A stretch of DNA of 64,000 nt from Candidatus Hydrogenedens sp. (GCA_049968235.1 JBMFRC010000001.1:256001-320000), one strand, 5' to 3'. Counted from the stretch's first letter, positions 1 through 11,082 are shown. The notes: a model not told the origin generated them from the letters alone. Numbers and translations are program-made.

Positions 1-237
1 AAGGCATTTGTAAAAAAGGTATGTGAAGGGTATAAACTTCCTTATTTTACTTTAAGCCCCAGTTTTACAGTGTGCCCACAGGATGGATACATTCATGGCG
101 AATTTCCATCATGTCCCAAATGTGGAAAAGAAACAGAGGTTTATTCGCGTGTTGTGGGTTACTTGCGACCTATAAGTCAATGGAATGAAGGGAAACGGGC
201 AGAATTTGAACTGCGAGTAAGATATAAAATTGATTAA
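1..237 (+). CDS. nrdD: Anaerobic ribonucleoside-triphosphate reductase NrdD, C-terminal fragment (5' end outside window)
   Basis: Frame 1 translates to ...CPKCGKETEVYSRVVGYLRPI... with stop at 235-237. The Zn-ribbon CxxC...CxxC and the glycyl-radical RVxGY motif are typical of class III RNR C-termini. The activase gene follows directly. Confidence 0.6.
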   Translation, partial: KAFVKKVCEGYKLPYFTLSPSFTVCPQDGYIHGEFPSCPKCGKETEVYSRVVGYLRPISQWNEGKRAEFELRVRYKID

Positions 238-275
238 GACCCTTAATTGTTAACCTGATGTAGAATATTAACCTT

Positions 276-887
276 ATGAAAATTGGTGGTTTTCAGCCAT
301 TTTCCTTATCCGATTTTCCCAATTGTGTATCTGCAATTGTTTTTACTCAAGGTTGTAATTTCCGTTGCCCTTTTTGTCATAACCCATCATTAGTACTGCC
401 TGAGTTATTCTTACCGCCTATTCCTGAAGAAACGCTGATTGCATTTTTAAATGAACGAAAAGGAAAGTTAGATGGAGTTGTAATTACAGGTGGAGAACCC
501 ACAATACAATCAGATTTGATGAAGTTCGTGAGTGAAATTAAGGGATTGGGTTATAAAGTAAAACTTGATACAAACGGTTCAAATCCCCAACTGATAGAGG
601 AATTAATTCACAATAATCTCATTGACTATTTCGCTATGGACATTAAAGCACCGTGGCACAAATATACAGATTTAACAGGAGTAGATGCTAATATCGATTT
701 GATAAAGAAAACTATGATGATATTATTACATAGTTCTATCCCTTGTGATTTTCGTTTAACCTATGCAAAACCTTTGTTGAACGAAAACGATATTCAAGAA
801 GTGCAATCCTACCTCCCCCAAAATTGCTCTTTAATCATTCAAAATTTTATCAAGGAAAGAGCATTAAATCCCACTATTTTTGAGTAA
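276..887 (+). CDS. nrdG: Anaerobic ribonucleotide reductase activating protein (radical SAM)
   Basis: 203-aa ORF. The N-terminal FTQGCNFRCPFCHN motif is the CxxxCxxC radical-SAM cluster motif of NrdG-type activases. It lies immediately downstream of the nrdD 3' end. Confidence 0.75.
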   Translation: MKIGGFQPFSLSDFPNCVSAIVFTQGCNFRCPFCHNPSLVLPELFLPPIPEETLIAFLNERKGKLDGVVITGGEPTIQSDLMKFVSEIKGLGYKVKLDTNGSNPQLIEELIHNNLIDYFAMDIKAPWHKYTDLTGVDANIDLIKKTMMILLHSSIPCDFRLTYAKPLLNENDIQEVQSYLPQNCSLIIQNFIKERALNPTIFE

Positions 888-950
888 AAGTTCTTTCATG
901 GATTCCTTGCTTTTTCCCCTCGTTTCTCCCATCCATTGCATCCTTTTTCG

Positions 951-1919
951 TTAGGCAATCCAATCTTTGCGGAAAAACTCAAACATTTTATCTGTAAACC
1001 CGGGATAAACCTCATGGGCAAAATCGGGGTATATAACTGCTTCTTTTTTCGACTTTATTTTGTTAAATGCAGAAAACTGTGTGGAAGGTGGACAAATCTG
1101 GTCCATTAGTCCAATTGCCATGAGGACTTCTCCCTGAATACGTTCTGCTAAAAATTGACAATCAATATATCCCAACTTTGTGAAGATTTCATTTTCTCTT
1201 TCATGTCTTGGGTCGAATAGACGAAAGTAGGTTCGAAGTTCCTCATAGGCTTCTAAAGCAAGGTCCATTTCCCAGACCCGTTTATAATCACACAAGAACG
1301 GACACATAGGTGCCAACTTTTTTATCTGCGGATGAAGCCCTGCACATGCCAGAGTTAATGCACCACCCTGTGACATTCCATATGCACCAAGGCGTTGCTC
1401 ATCTACCTCTTCAAAACCACTAACAATATTTACTAATTGCACTGTGTCCAGAAAAATATGCCGGTAAAGCAAATTATCAGGCTCATCATCCAGACCACGG
1501 ATAATATGCCCTTTCAATGTATTTCCGACAACACTACCCGTTTCTGTAGATTTTCCTCCCTGTCCGCGAACATCCATGGCACACACACAGAAGCCTTCTC
1601 CCACAAAACCTAATTTTTCATACCAATCACCTGAGTTTCCACCGTAACCGTGAAATCGAAACAAGGTAGGACAGGGCTTATTCCTTTTTCTGGGTCTAAG
1701 GTATTGAGCATGTATTCTTGCACCACGGACACCTGTAAAATACAAATCAAAACAATCCGCAACCTCACTTTGAAATGGAGATGGAATTCGCTTCACCTTC
1801 GGGTCAATAGACTCTAATTCCAATAATGCCTTTCTCCAATATTCATCAAAATCAGCAGGTCTTGGATTTCTACCCTGATATTTCCACAATTCCTCTAAAG
1901 GAAGTTCAAATACAAGCAT
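951..1919 (-). CDS. CE7-family acetyl xylan esterase / cephalosporin-C deacetylase
   Basis: ORF 951..1967 contains a GMSQGG nucleophile elbow and a His near the C-terminus. The likely start is the internal Met (MLVFELPLEELWKYQG, at 1919), which matches typical CE7 N-termini and avoids overlap with the neighbouring gene. Confidence 0.65.
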   Translation of the reverse strand: MLVFELPLEELWKYQGRNPRPADFDEYWRKALLELESIDPKVKRIPSPFQSEVADCFDLYFTGVRGARIHAQYLRPRKRNKPCPTLFRFHGYGGNSGDWYEKLGFVGEGFCVCAMDVRGQGGKSTETGSVVGNTLKGHIIRGLDDEPDNLLYRHIFLDTVQLVNIVSGFEEVDEQRLGAYGMSQGGALTLACAGLHPQIKKLAPMCPFLCDYKRVWEMDLALEAYEELRTYFRLFDPRHERENEIFTKLGYIDCQFLAERIQGEVLMAIGLMDQICPPSTQFSAFNKIKSKKEAVIYPDFAHEVYPGFTDKMFEFFRKDWIA

Positions 1920-1944
1920 ACAACAACTCCTTCTATTATCTTTG

Positions 1945-2535
1945 TCATGTTCCGGATAAATGGTCAATAAGTATTTTTATGCCAATTATAAACAATAATA
2001 TTGCACCGATAATTTCCATGCTTTTGCCAAATTTCTTACCGACATAACTGCCTAATTGCATTCCTATCAATGTCAAAAATCCTGCGGTAATACCTATCCA
2101 GAATGAAGGAAACCATATTGAGACACCTATAAAAGCAAAACTTAATCCGACAGCATACGCATCAATACTGGTTGCTATAGATAGCATAACTAATGATAAA
2201 CCTCGTGTTGGGTCATTCTTTTTTGGCTCTGTGGCTATTTGTTTTTCCTCCTCTTTAATATCCGATATGGATTGATATACAATTTTCCCACCAATCGCCC
2301 AGAGAATAAAAAAGGCTATCCAGTGGTCATAAGCCAGAAACCATTGTCCCACAAGATTCCCTGTATACCATCCCAGTACAGGCATCAATGCCTGAAATAA
2401 GCCAAAATGAAAAGACAAACGAAAGGTTTGTCGCGGTTGCACATTTTTTAGCAGAGCACTGATACTAATGGACACTGCAAACGCATCCATTGCAAGAGCC
2501 ACAGCAATTCCTGCAAGGACATATGGGTCTAACAT
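1945..2535 (-). CDS. mntP: Manganese efflux pump MntP family
   Basis: 196-aa polytopic membrane protein with duplicated DAFAVS / DAYAVG motifs characteristic of the MntP (DUF204) family. Confidence 0.65.
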   Translation of the reverse strand: MLDPYVLAGIAVALAMDAFAVSISISALLKNVQPRQTFRLSFHFGLFQALMPVLGWYTGNLVGQWFLAYDHWIAFFILWAIGGKIVYQSISDIKEEEKQIATEPKKNDPTRGLSLVMLSIATSIDAYAVGLSFAFIGVSIWFPSFWIGITAGFLTLIGMQLGSYVGKKFGKSMEIIGAILLFIIGIKILIDHLSGT

Positions 2536-2762
2536 TTACTTTTCTCTTCATAGAAAGATTTTTATTACATTAACAGAATGGCAATAATAATAACCTATTT
2601 ATAATCCTATCTGACAAGTCCACCATATCCGATGGGGTAGAGAAGTCCAGACGATTTTGAGAAGTCAGACCTGCCTAATCCCTTATCTTTAAGTTTGTTT
2701 TTAGATAAAAGATAAAATACAATAGAGGTATATAAATAATAATAACTGAAAAGGAATATTTT

Positions 2763-4346
2763 ATGACACAGGAGAACAAACATCAACACCATTCCTGCTG
2801 TGGCTGTATTCACGATTTAGGGAAACTCAATATGGCACGGAGAACCTTCCTCGCTGCAGTAGGAGGAACAACCATAGGTGCGAGTGCTATCTTATCTACA
2901 AATGCAGACACGGCTTTAGCAAATGCTTCATCGGAATATTTGAGCAAGCCCATTCCTTCTGCGAAAAAGAAACCTCTGGTTGTTCAGCCCGTCTTTACAT
3001 ACCATTTATACAAACGACAGGAACAGGCAAGTTGGCGTCCCTGGGGTGGTTTCCATACACAAGAAGATGTTCAGAAAGAATGTAAACAAATAGAAAAAGA
3101 ACTATCAGAAATGAAACAAAAAGCAGAATTCCCGCTGGAAATTCTACCTCTGTTGGCGGTCTCTTCCCCTTCTGAAGAGAAACAAGCACGAGAAGCCAAT
3201 GCGGATGTAACACTTATTTACGGAGCCACAGGTGAGATAGCACCTATTTTTAGTGATAACAAGCAACATATCGTTTTTGTTCGTCATCGGTCCGGACCTG
3301 CCTATCTTTGGTATGAAATTGTCAGTCCTCGATTTTTAAGAAAAACAGTAGATGAGTTATGCGAACCGCGTCTTACTCCACAGGATGTCGTTGTTGACGA
3401 ATATGATGATATTTTATGGCGGTTGCGTTCTCTATATGCATTAAAAAATACAGTCGGTAGTAAAATTGTTTGTATCGGTGGTCCTTCAGGTTGGGGTATG
3501 GGTGGTCAAAAAGCGCCGGAACGGACAAAAGAAAAGTTTAAGATGGAACTGATTGATTATCCCTATTCGGAATTAGATAAGCGGATAAATTCTGCTCTCA
3601 ATGATAACAAACTTCGAGAGCAAGCAAAAATATGGACGAAACAATATTTAAATCTACCCAGGACCTCAATGGAAACAGAGATACCTTTCCTCGAAAATGC
3701 ATTTATACTTACAGAAATATTTGAACAAATTATGAATGAGTTTGATGCTCCTGCCATTACAGTTAACGAATGTATGACAACCATTATACCCAAAGCAAAG
3801 ACAACAGCATGTATGACATTAAGTTTGATTAATGACCGCGGTGCTATGGCATTTTGCGAATCCGATTTCGCAGTAATTCCTTCCGGTGTCCTGTTACATT
3901 ATCTTAGTTCAAAACCGGTCTTCCTTCAAGACCCAACCTATCCTCATCATGGGGTTGTAACCATTGCACACTGCACCGCTCCGCGTAAGATGGATGGGAC
4001 AAATCTTGAACCGGTACACATTTTGACCCATTACGAATCCGATTATGGTGCAGCGCCGAAAGTAGATATGCGAATTGGGGAGACCGTTACTGTGATTGAC
4101 CCCGATTTCGAGTTCAAAAAGTGGATTGGCTTTCGTGGAAAAGTTCAAGCAAATCCATTCCTTGATATCTGCAGGTCTCAAACAGATATTGAAATTGAAG
4201 GAGATTGCAATCGCCTGGCAAATGATATGGTCGGTTTCCACTGGATGATGTGCTATGGCGATTATCTAAAAGAGACAGGATATGCACTTCGTAAATTAGG
4301 CATCGGTTGGTATAACCTCACACACGACCGCACATTAGAAGCATAA
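2763..4346 (+). CDS. Hypothetical exported protein with twin-arginine (Tat) signal
   Basis: 527-aa ORF. N-terminus HQHHSCCGCIHD is followed by a Tat motif RRTFLAAVGG and an AxA cleavage region (ALANA). I do not recognise the mature domain. Confidence 0.4.
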   Translation: MTQENKHQHHSCCGCIHDLGKLNMARRTFLAAVGGTTIGASAILSTNADTALANASSEYLSKPIPSAKKKPLVVQPVFTYHLYKRQEQASWRPWGGFHTQEDVQKECKQIEKELSEMKQKAEFPLEILPLLAVSSPSEEKQAREANADVTLIYGATGEIAPIFSDNKQHIVFVRHRSGPAYLWYEIVSPRFLRKTVDELCEPRLTPQDVVVDEYDDILWRLRSLYALKNTVGSKIVCIGGPSGWGMGGQKAPERTKEKFKMELIDYPYSELDKRINSALNDNKLREQAKIWTKQYLNLPRTSMETEIPFLENAFILTEIFEQIMNEFDAPAITVNECMTTIIPKAKTTACMTLSLINDRGAMAFCESDFAVIPSGVLLHYLSSKPVFLQDPTYPHHGVVTIAHCTAPRKMDGTNLEPVHILTHYESDYGAAPKVDMRIGETVTVIDPDFEFKKWIGFRGKVQANPFLDICRSQTDIEIEGDCNRLANDMVGFHWMMCYGDYLKETGYALRKLGIGWYNLTHDRTLEA

Positions 4347-4726
4347 ATAAACAACAAAAATAACTCGGTAAATTCATCAAATATTAACATATTCTTAGTG
4401 TTCTCTGGACAACATTACCATTTTGCACAGAGAACAGAAAGGTGGGGAAATCGTAACGATTCGCATAATGCCTGTAAACAATGAGAATATTTCATCGTGA
4501 TATTGAATTAGTTTCTCCTTTCCCGCCTGTTCCTTTTTATTGGTAAGCAACCGAATCAGGGGGTAAATACATTTGAGGCATAGTAAGGTGTAGAGTAGTT
4601 ATAATATAGTAATAAAAAGATACTTTGATACTTTCGTTATTCAATTATTTATTTGATGCGTTGTATATAAAATAAAGACACGAATATTGAATAGAATAAG
4701 TGGTTTGAAAATAAGGAAAAGTTGTT

Positions 4727-7474
4727 GTGATATTTAAATTAATCGAATGGGTTTTTGGTTCCAGTAAAGAACGAGCCGTTCGCAAATTGTTGCCTTTTCT
4801 GGATGCAGTTCGTGAAGAGGAATCACGCATTGTTAAAATGTCCAATGCGGAACTGCGTTTACAGACGGCAATATTGAAAGAAAAATTATCTCAGGGAGCA
4901 ACTTTAGATGATGTCCTTCCTCATGCTTTTGCAGTAGTTCGTGAAACAGCAAAACGTGTTGTCGGACTCCGACCTTTTGATGTCCAGATAATAGGCGGTA
5001 TTGTCCTTCATCAAGGGGGCATCGCAGAAATGGTCACCGGCGAAGGGAAAACATTAGTAGCCACAATGCCTGTATATTTGAATGCATTGACAGGAGAAGG
5101 GGTGCATGTTGTAACGGTAAATGATTATTTAGCACGGCGTGATGCAGAATGGATGGGACCTATATATCAGTTTTTAGGTTTAAGTGTAGGACTTATACAG
5201 CATGACATGGATTTATATGAACGGCAGGTAGGGTACCGTGCTGATATTACTTATGGGACAAATAATGAATTTGGGTTTGACTATCTCCGCGATAATATGG
5301 CTGTGCGTAAAGATATGCAGGTTCAACGCGGATTAAATTATGCCATCGTTGACGAAGTCGACTCTATACTCATTGATGAAGCACGGACACCTCTTATCAT
5401 CTCCGGTCGTCCTGAACGGAGTTCCGATATTTATGTTAAAGTAGATGAAGTAGTTCGACGACTTCGTAAGGGGGAACATTATGAAGTAGATGAGAAACAA
5501 CGCTATGTGCTTATAACAGATGAGGGAATGGAACAAGCAGAACGACTTTTAGGTGTAGATGATTTATTCACAGATACAAATATCGGTATTGTCCATATTC
5601 TTGAACAGTCTATACGAGCCCATAATTTATACCATAGGGATAAAGATTATATCGTTCGTGATGGAGAGGTGCTTATTGTAGATGAGTTTACCGGTCGTGC
5701 TTTAGAAGGACGTCGCTATTCTGACGGACTTCATCAAGCCATAGAAGCCAAGGAGCGTGTGCCTATACGGTTTGAATCACAGACCATTGCTACTATTACC
5801 TATCAAAACTATTTCCGAATGTATAAAAAATTGGCTGGTATGACAGGAACCGCCATAACAGAGGCTCTGGAATTTAGTAAAATATACGGGCTTGAAGTAA
5901 CTCAAATCCCTACGAACTTACCCTTAATCCGTGAAGACTTAAACGATCTTATTTTTGCAACAGAAGATGGTAAATTTCATTATGTTGTAAAAGAAATTAA
6001 AAAAATCCATGAAACAGGTCGTCCTATTCTGGTAGGTACGGTCAGCATTGAGAAGTCCGAAAAGTTAGCCCAATTATTAGAGAATATAGGTATTGATGAT
6101 TACCAGGTATTAAATGCAAAACACCATGAACGTGAAGCAGTAATTATTGCCAACGCAGGGAAAAAATCCGCCATTACAATCGCTACAAATATGGCAGGTC
6201 GTGGAACAGATATTAAATTAGCAGAAGGAGTTCGTGAATTAGGTGGATTATATATTATTGGAACAGAACGACATGAAGCACGACGTATTGATAACCAATT
6301 ACGAGGTCGTGCTGGCAGACAGGGAGACCCGGGAACCACTCGATTTTATGTAAGTCTTGAAGATGAAGTAGCACGACTCTTTGGTGGAGACCGTGTTAAA
6401 AGACTGCTGGATATGTTCGGTAGTAATAGTGAAATGGATGAACAACCCTTAAGCCAGCGTATGGTCTCACGCTCCATTGAACGAGCACAAAGGCAGGTAG
6501 AAGAATACAACTACGAGATTCGAAAGCACTTGCTTGAATACGACGAGGTTATGGATAAACAAAGAAAATATATCTATTCCATGAGGCAAGAAGTTCTGGA
6601 AGATAAAGATGTAACAGAACGTTTACAAGAAATGATTCAAAACATCATTTCCGATGCAATTGACCAGTTTGCACCTGAAGACCATCTTCCGGAAGAGTGG
6701 GACATGGAAGGTCTACAAAAACAATTGAAAAAAATATTCAATACTGATTTCAATTTAAGTGGCGATAATGAAGAAGAGCCGATTTCTTTGCGTGAAAGTA
6801 TTTTTAAACAGGTGTTAAGAGAATATGAACGACGACACACCTTGCTTGAAGAAGAACTCCAAAAGCAATATGAGCAACAAACAAAAGAAGGTCACTCTCT
6901 ACCGCCCGTAAACTTTAAAAAGTTAGCCCGAAAACGCATTCACGATTTAGAACTCATGGTACTATTGCGGGCAGTAGATGAAAAGTGGATTGAACATTTA
7001 TATGAAATGGATTATCTACGAGAATCGGTGCGACTTCGTGCTTATGGGCAGAGAGACCCCTTATTGGAATACAAACAGGAAGCATTTGAACTGTTCCAGA
7101 ATTTAATACAGTCCATCGAATTAAATGTCATTCAATCGCTATTCCGTATTACAGACCCGGAATACCGCAAAAAGCGAAGTATTCCTTCTCGCTCTACAGG
7201 GGGAACTATAGAGGATGACCCCTTTGCTCATTTACAACGGTATAGTTACATTGCGGCGGATAAAGAAGCCGACCGCAGTTTCTCTGCTTTTGATACAAGA
7301 AGATTTGCCCTCGGAGGACAATCTGTTTCAGGAGGTGGAACAACAGAAGAAGCAGAAGAAGAAAAACCTAAACGTGTGCCTATTCGCGTAGGACCTAAAG
7401 TAGGACCCAATGACCCCTGCCCCTGCGGAAGTGGAAAGAAATATAAGAAATGCTGCGGAAAACAACTCGTATAA
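4727..7474 (+). CDS. secA: Preprotein translocase ATPase SecA
   Basis: 915 aa with GTG start and an AAGGAAAA ribosome-binding site upstream. DEAD-like motor motifs (MVTGEGKT, DEVDSILIDEARTPLIISG), HWD/HSD regions and a C-terminal zinc-binding tail CPCGSGKKYKKCCG are present. Confidence 0.9.
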   Translation: MIFKLIEWVFGSSKERAVRKLLPFLDAVREEESRIVKMSNAELRLQTAILKEKLSQGATLDDVLPHAFAVVRETAKRVVGLRPFDVQIIGGIVLHQGGIAEMVTGEGKTLVATMPVYLNALTGEGVHVVTVNDYLARRDAEWMGPIYQFLGLSVGLIQHDMDLYERQVGYRADITYGTNNEFGFDYLRDNMAVRKDMQVQRGLNYAIVDEVDSILIDEARTPLIISGRPERSSDIYVKVDEVVRRLRKGEHYEVDEKQRYVLITDEGMEQAERLLGVDDLFTDTNIGIVHILEQSIRAHNLYHRDKDYIVRDGEVLIVDEFTGRALEGRRYSDGLHQAIEAKERVPIRFESQTIATITYQNYFRMYKKLAGMTGTAITEALEFSKIYGLEVTQIPTNLPLIREDLNDLIFATEDGKFHYVVKEIKKIHETGRPILVGTVSIEKSEKLAQLLENIGIDDYQVLNAKHHEREAVIIANAGKKSAITIATNMAGRGTDIKLAEGVRELGGLYIIGTERHEARRIDNQLRGRAGRQGDPGTTRFYVSLEDEVARLFGGDRVKRLLDMFGSNSEMDEQPLSQRMVSRSIERAQRQVEEYNYEIRKHLLEYDEVMDKQRKYIYSMRQEVLEDKDVTERLQEMIQNIISDAIDQFAPEDHLPEEWDMEGLQKQLKKIFNTDFNLSGDNEEEPISLRESIFKQVLREYERRHTLLEEELQKQYEQQTKEGHSLPPVNFKKLARKRIHDLELMVLLRAVDEKWIEHLYEMDYLRESVRLRAYGQRDPLLEYKQEAFELFQNLIQSIELNVIQSLFRITDPEYRKKRSIPSRSTGGTIEDDPFAHLQRYSYIAADKEADRSFSAFDTRRFALGGQSVSGGGTTEEAEEEKPKRVPIRVGPKVGPNDPCPCGSGKKYKKCCGKQLV

Positions 7475-8940
7475 TCACTTTGCTTTCTATTGTTCTTTTT
7501 TGGGTCATTATGATGACCTTATTGTTTATCCGGGAAGGATATTTTACGAAATCCACATGGAGTTTTCCCGAAACACGATGGGAACAATATAAAGATTGGC
7601 GGGTAGGTGTATATACAAACAATGATAAAAAAGTAGGATATATACAGATTACAACCAATCCCGAACCGATGAGTCCTTTCGGACCTGCATTTAAAATGAC
7701 TATTACATTCCGATTGGATACAGTCATTTTCTCATTTCCTGTAAATTTATCTATTCGAGGCTTTGCATGGTTTAGTCAGAAGAAAGGACTGGAAAATTTT
7801 CAATTATCACTCCGTTCCGACAAGAGCGATATTAAAATATCTGGTGAATATGATGGATATCAATTAAAAGGAGATGTAATAACAGGAAAAGAAACCGTTC
7901 CTTATACATTACCTGTTGGCAGAAACTTTTTACTTACTGCAGGTCCTGCTTTACCCCTGATGGATACCCCTATTTTAGAACCCGGACAGAGTATTACAGT
8001 AGATGTGTTCGACCCACTTTCCAGATCCGTGCAGAAATCAATTATCACTTCGCAGAGCAAAGAGACCCTACAAATTGCAGGAGAAACTATTGATACTTAT
8101 CGGATGACAGTAACCTTAAATGGGCTCACATCAACGGTATGGGTTACTCCCGACCAGGAAATTGTCCAGGTAACAACTCCTTTCGGATTAAAACTCAAGA
8201 AAATAAGTCTTACGGAAACAACAGCACATATTCCGGATAGCGAAAAAGGAGATATAATCAGTGCAACAGCCATAAAACCTAAAGGTATAAAGCCTTTTCG
8301 CGGAGCAAAACAAATGTGGGTAAAGATTGATGGATTAACGAATATCAATCAACCTCCGGTATCCACATACCAGGTAAGAACATCTCAAGGATACTTTATC
8401 AATCCTCCTGCAGAACCTAAATCCATTCCACTAACAGAAAGAATCATGCGGACAATCCCGGAGAATACGCTTATAGGGGATGCTTTAATCCAGTCGGAAC
8501 ATCCCAAAATCCAGAAAATAGCAAAAGAAATTGTTGGAACAGAGCAAGACCTCTGGAAACAGAGTCAGAAAATTTATGATTGGGTTTTTAAAAATATTGA
8601 AAAGAAAATATCCCCGAATATCCCTTCTGCTCTAACTGTCCTCGAAACTCGTCAGGGGGATTGTAATGAACATTCAGTCCTTTTCACCGCACTTGCCCGT
8701 GCAGTTGGAATACCCACAAGAATATGTATCGGATTGGTATGGAGTGAAGAATTACAAGCCTTTGGTTATCATGCATGGGTGGAAGTATTCATCGGAGAAT
8801 GGACACCGATAGACCCCACATTAGGGCAACCTATCGCAGATGCTACACATATTGCACTGATTTATGGAAATATTGAACAATGGTTCCGCCTCACTTCCTA
8901 TGTGAACCAGATACAACTCGAAATAGTAAATGTGGAGTAA
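7450..8940 (+). CDS. Transglutaminase-like domain membrane protein
   Basis: An N-terminal TM helix is followed by a C-terminal transglutaminase-core-like Cys/His/Asp region (RQGDCNEHSVLF...GYHAWVEV...DPT). The start is uncertain because the ORF overlaps the secA 3' end by 25 nt. Confidence 0.55.
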   Translation: MLRKTTRIITLLSIVLFWVIMMTLLFIREGYFTKSTWSFPETRWEQYKDWRVGVYTNNDKKVGYIQITTNPEPMSPFGPAFKMTITFRLDTVIFSFPVNLSIRGFAWFSQKKGLENFQLSLRSDKSDIKISGEYDGYQLKGDVITGKETVPYTLPVGRNFLLTAGPALPLMDTPILEPGQSITVDVFDPLSRSVQKSIITSQSKETLQIAGETIDTYRMTVTLNGLTSTVWVTPDQEIVQVTTPFGLKLKKISLTETTAHIPDSEKGDIISATAIKPKGIKPFRGAKQMWVKIDGLTNINQPPVSTYQVRTSQGYFINPPAEPKSIPLTERIMRTIPENTLIGDALIQSEHPKIQKIAKEIVGTEQDLWKQSQKIYDWVFKNIEKKISPNIPSALTVLETRQGDCNEHSVLFTALARAVGIPTRICIGLVWSEELQAFGYHAWVEVFIGEWTPIDPTLGQPIADATHIALIYGNIEQWFRLTSYVNQIQLEIVNVE

Positions 8941-9034
8941 CACCTTTCCTTATAGAAAATCGGTCCGATTATTTATCCACTTTATACCATCGTATAACAG
9001 TCGTAAAAAAGTATCTACTTTATTCAAAACAAAC

Positions 9035-10039
9035 TTATAAATACTCTGCAATCTGAACAGCGTTATATGCAGCACCTTTAAGGAGATTATCTGCAACAAT
9101 CCACATATCCAGAGCACTGGGATGAGAAATGTCTTCACGAATCCTGCCTACAAAGGTTTCCCATCGCCCTACCGCTATTGTAGCCAGAGGATATACTTGC
9201 TTTGCAGGGTCATCCATCAGTATGACACCCGGCGCATTGGCAAGTAATTCACGTGCCTTTTCAACAGTTACCTTCTTTTCTGTCTGTATATTTACAGATT
9301 CACTATGGCTATTAATTACGGGTACACGAACTGTGGTAGCAGTAACCTGAATAGTTGGGTCCCCCATAATTTTCTTAGTCTCATTCACCATCTTCATTTC
9401 TTCATTGGTATAACCATTTGCTTCAAAAGCATCTTTCTGGGGAATCTGAGGGATACAATTAAATAAAATCTGATGAGGAAATACCTTCACTTCCAGAGGC
9501 TTCCCTTCTACATACGCCTGCATCTGGTTTAGTAATTCCTGCACCGCATTCTGCCCTGCCCCTGAAACCGCTTGATAAGTGGATACCACGACTCGTTGTA
9601 TTCTGGCAAAGTCATGAATAGGTTTTAGTGCAACTACCATTTGAATCGTAGAGCAATTCGGATTTGCAATAATCCCTTTATGATTTTTTATCTCATGAGC
9701 ATTGACTTCAGGCACCACTAACGGGACTTCTGGGTCCATTCGCCATGCACTGGAATTGTCAACGACAACACATCCACTCTTCACCGCAATGGGAGCAAAC
9801 TTCTTGCTCGTACTACCACCTGCACTAAAAAGGGCTATTTCAATCCCTTTGAATGAATTCTCATCCAGAACCTCAACAGAAATTTCCTCTCCCTTATATG
9901 CTAATTTTCTGCCTCGAGAACGCTCTGAAGCAAGAAATTTTATCGACTTAACAGGAAAATTTCTACTTTCCAAAGTCTCTATCATTTTTCTGCCAACTAA
10001 ACCAGTAGCACCTACTACAGCAACTACTTTCGGGTTCAT
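9035..10039 (-). CDS. asd: Aspartate-semialdehyde dehydrogenase
   Basis: N-terminal NAD-binding VAVVGATGLVGR motif, catalytic Cys region and typical Asd length. An alternative start two codons upstream at 10045 is possible. Confidence 0.85.
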   Translation of the reverse strand: MNPKVVAVVGATGLVGRKMIETLESRNFPVKSIKFLASERSRGRKLAYKGEEISVEVLDENSFKGIEIALFSAGGSTSKKFAPIAVKSGCVVVDNSSAWRMDPEVPLVVPEVNAHEIKNHKGIIANPNCSTIQMVVALKPIHDFARIQRVVVSTYQAVSGAGQNAVQELLNQMQAYVEGKPLEVKVFPHQILFNCIPQIPQKDAFEANGYTNEEMKMVNETKKIMGDPTIQVTATTVRVPVINSHSESVNIQTEKKVTVEKARELLANAPGVILMDDPAKQVYPLATIAVGRWETFVGRIREDISHPSALDMWIVADNLLKGAAYNAVQIAEYL

Positions 10040-10109
10040 ATGCACTACTCTTCATTTATATGGTATTTTGATTATTTATTATGAACAAAGAACTACTTTT
10101 TTATAAATA

Positions 10110-10424
10110 CTATTCAAGGAATGAATCTAACGCAGAGGCAAGAACCGCTTTCTGTGTTAAACCAACAAACCTTTTAACTTCATTTCCATCTTTTATAATC
10201 ACAAGTGTAGGAATACTCGAAACGCCAAATTGTTCTGCCAGGCTAAATTCTTCATCTACATTCACTTTTCCAATCTTCGCTTTGCCTGCATACTCCCTGG
10301 ATAATTCATCAATTATAGGACTCATCATTCGGCATGGTCCACACCACTCCGCCCAAAAATCTACAAGACTCACACCACTCGATGTTTCTGATAAAAAATT
10401 ATCTTTAGTAAATGTCATCGCCAT
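10110..10424 (-). CDS. trxA: Thioredoxin
   Basis: 104 aa with a WCGPC active site and the thioredoxin fold pattern. Confidence 0.85.
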   Translation of the reverse strand: MAMTFTKDNFLSETSSGVSLVDFWAEWCGPCRMMSPIIDELSREYAGKAKIGKVNVDEEFSLAEQFGVSSIPTLVIIKDGNEVKRFVGLTQKAVLASALDSFLE

Positions 10425-11053
10425 ATGAGACTCCTTAAAAATATACTTTTCAAATAATAAAAATCATAATTCCATATACATAAAACTATATTATTATATA
10501 ATTTGTTCCATGCATTTTTCAAACTTTAAAATTCATCTCTGATTTTCTTACCGACCATTAAATAAAAATCGTTTGATAACTATTAATTCTCTTTTCCAGA
10601 TATTCCGTTTATAATATTTACATACATTCTTTCCAAAAGATTTTTTTCCGTTGTGAATACGCAATTTATTCTATTTGTAAAATTATTTAATTATTCCAGA
10701 TAATTAATTTTCTATCCTCTCACATTCCTCAACATCTAAACATCAATTTTACAATATTTACATAAAAAATTCATTTCCCATCCAAGCACATGCAGGAGTG
10801 TGATATACCAATGTAAAACATTTTTATAACTCACTCTATAATATTTATATTTTTATAATGGGAATATAATGCCTGTATCATTACGGATAAAACATTAATC
10901 TTCTATGCTCATTTTACCTTACTCACTATATATCCTTTCTATTCTATTCCGCTATACCCTTTTAAGAAAAAATCAAATAATCATTTATAAATACTAAAAT
11001 TCGTAGATAAAAAAAGATTTAAAAAAAAAATAGATATTATATGTAAAATTAGC

Positions 11054-11082
11054 TTGACATATATTGCATTTAGTGTTATAAT
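11054..11082 (+). promoter_or_regulatory. Consensus sigma70-type promoter (TTGACA-17-TATAAT) upstream of the DUF1559 gene
   Basis: TTGACA at 11054-11059, a 17-nt spacer, then TATAAT at 11077-11082. A GAAAGGAGGTGA sequence lies downstream and a second SD-like AGAGGAGA sits 7 nt before the ATG at 11173. Confidence 0.5.

Noticed and set aside
951-1967. Full-length 338-aa version of the CE7 esterase ORF, which overlaps mntP by 23 nt.
   Set aside because: The internal Met at 1919 yields the canonical CE7 N-terminus (M..FELPLEELxxY) and removes the overlap. The longer version is probably an ORF-caller extension.
1826-2047. 73-aa plus-strand ORF bridging the CE7 esterase and mntP genes.
   Set aside because: It overlaps both minus-strand genes antisense, is Asn/Ile-rich low complexity and has no RBS.
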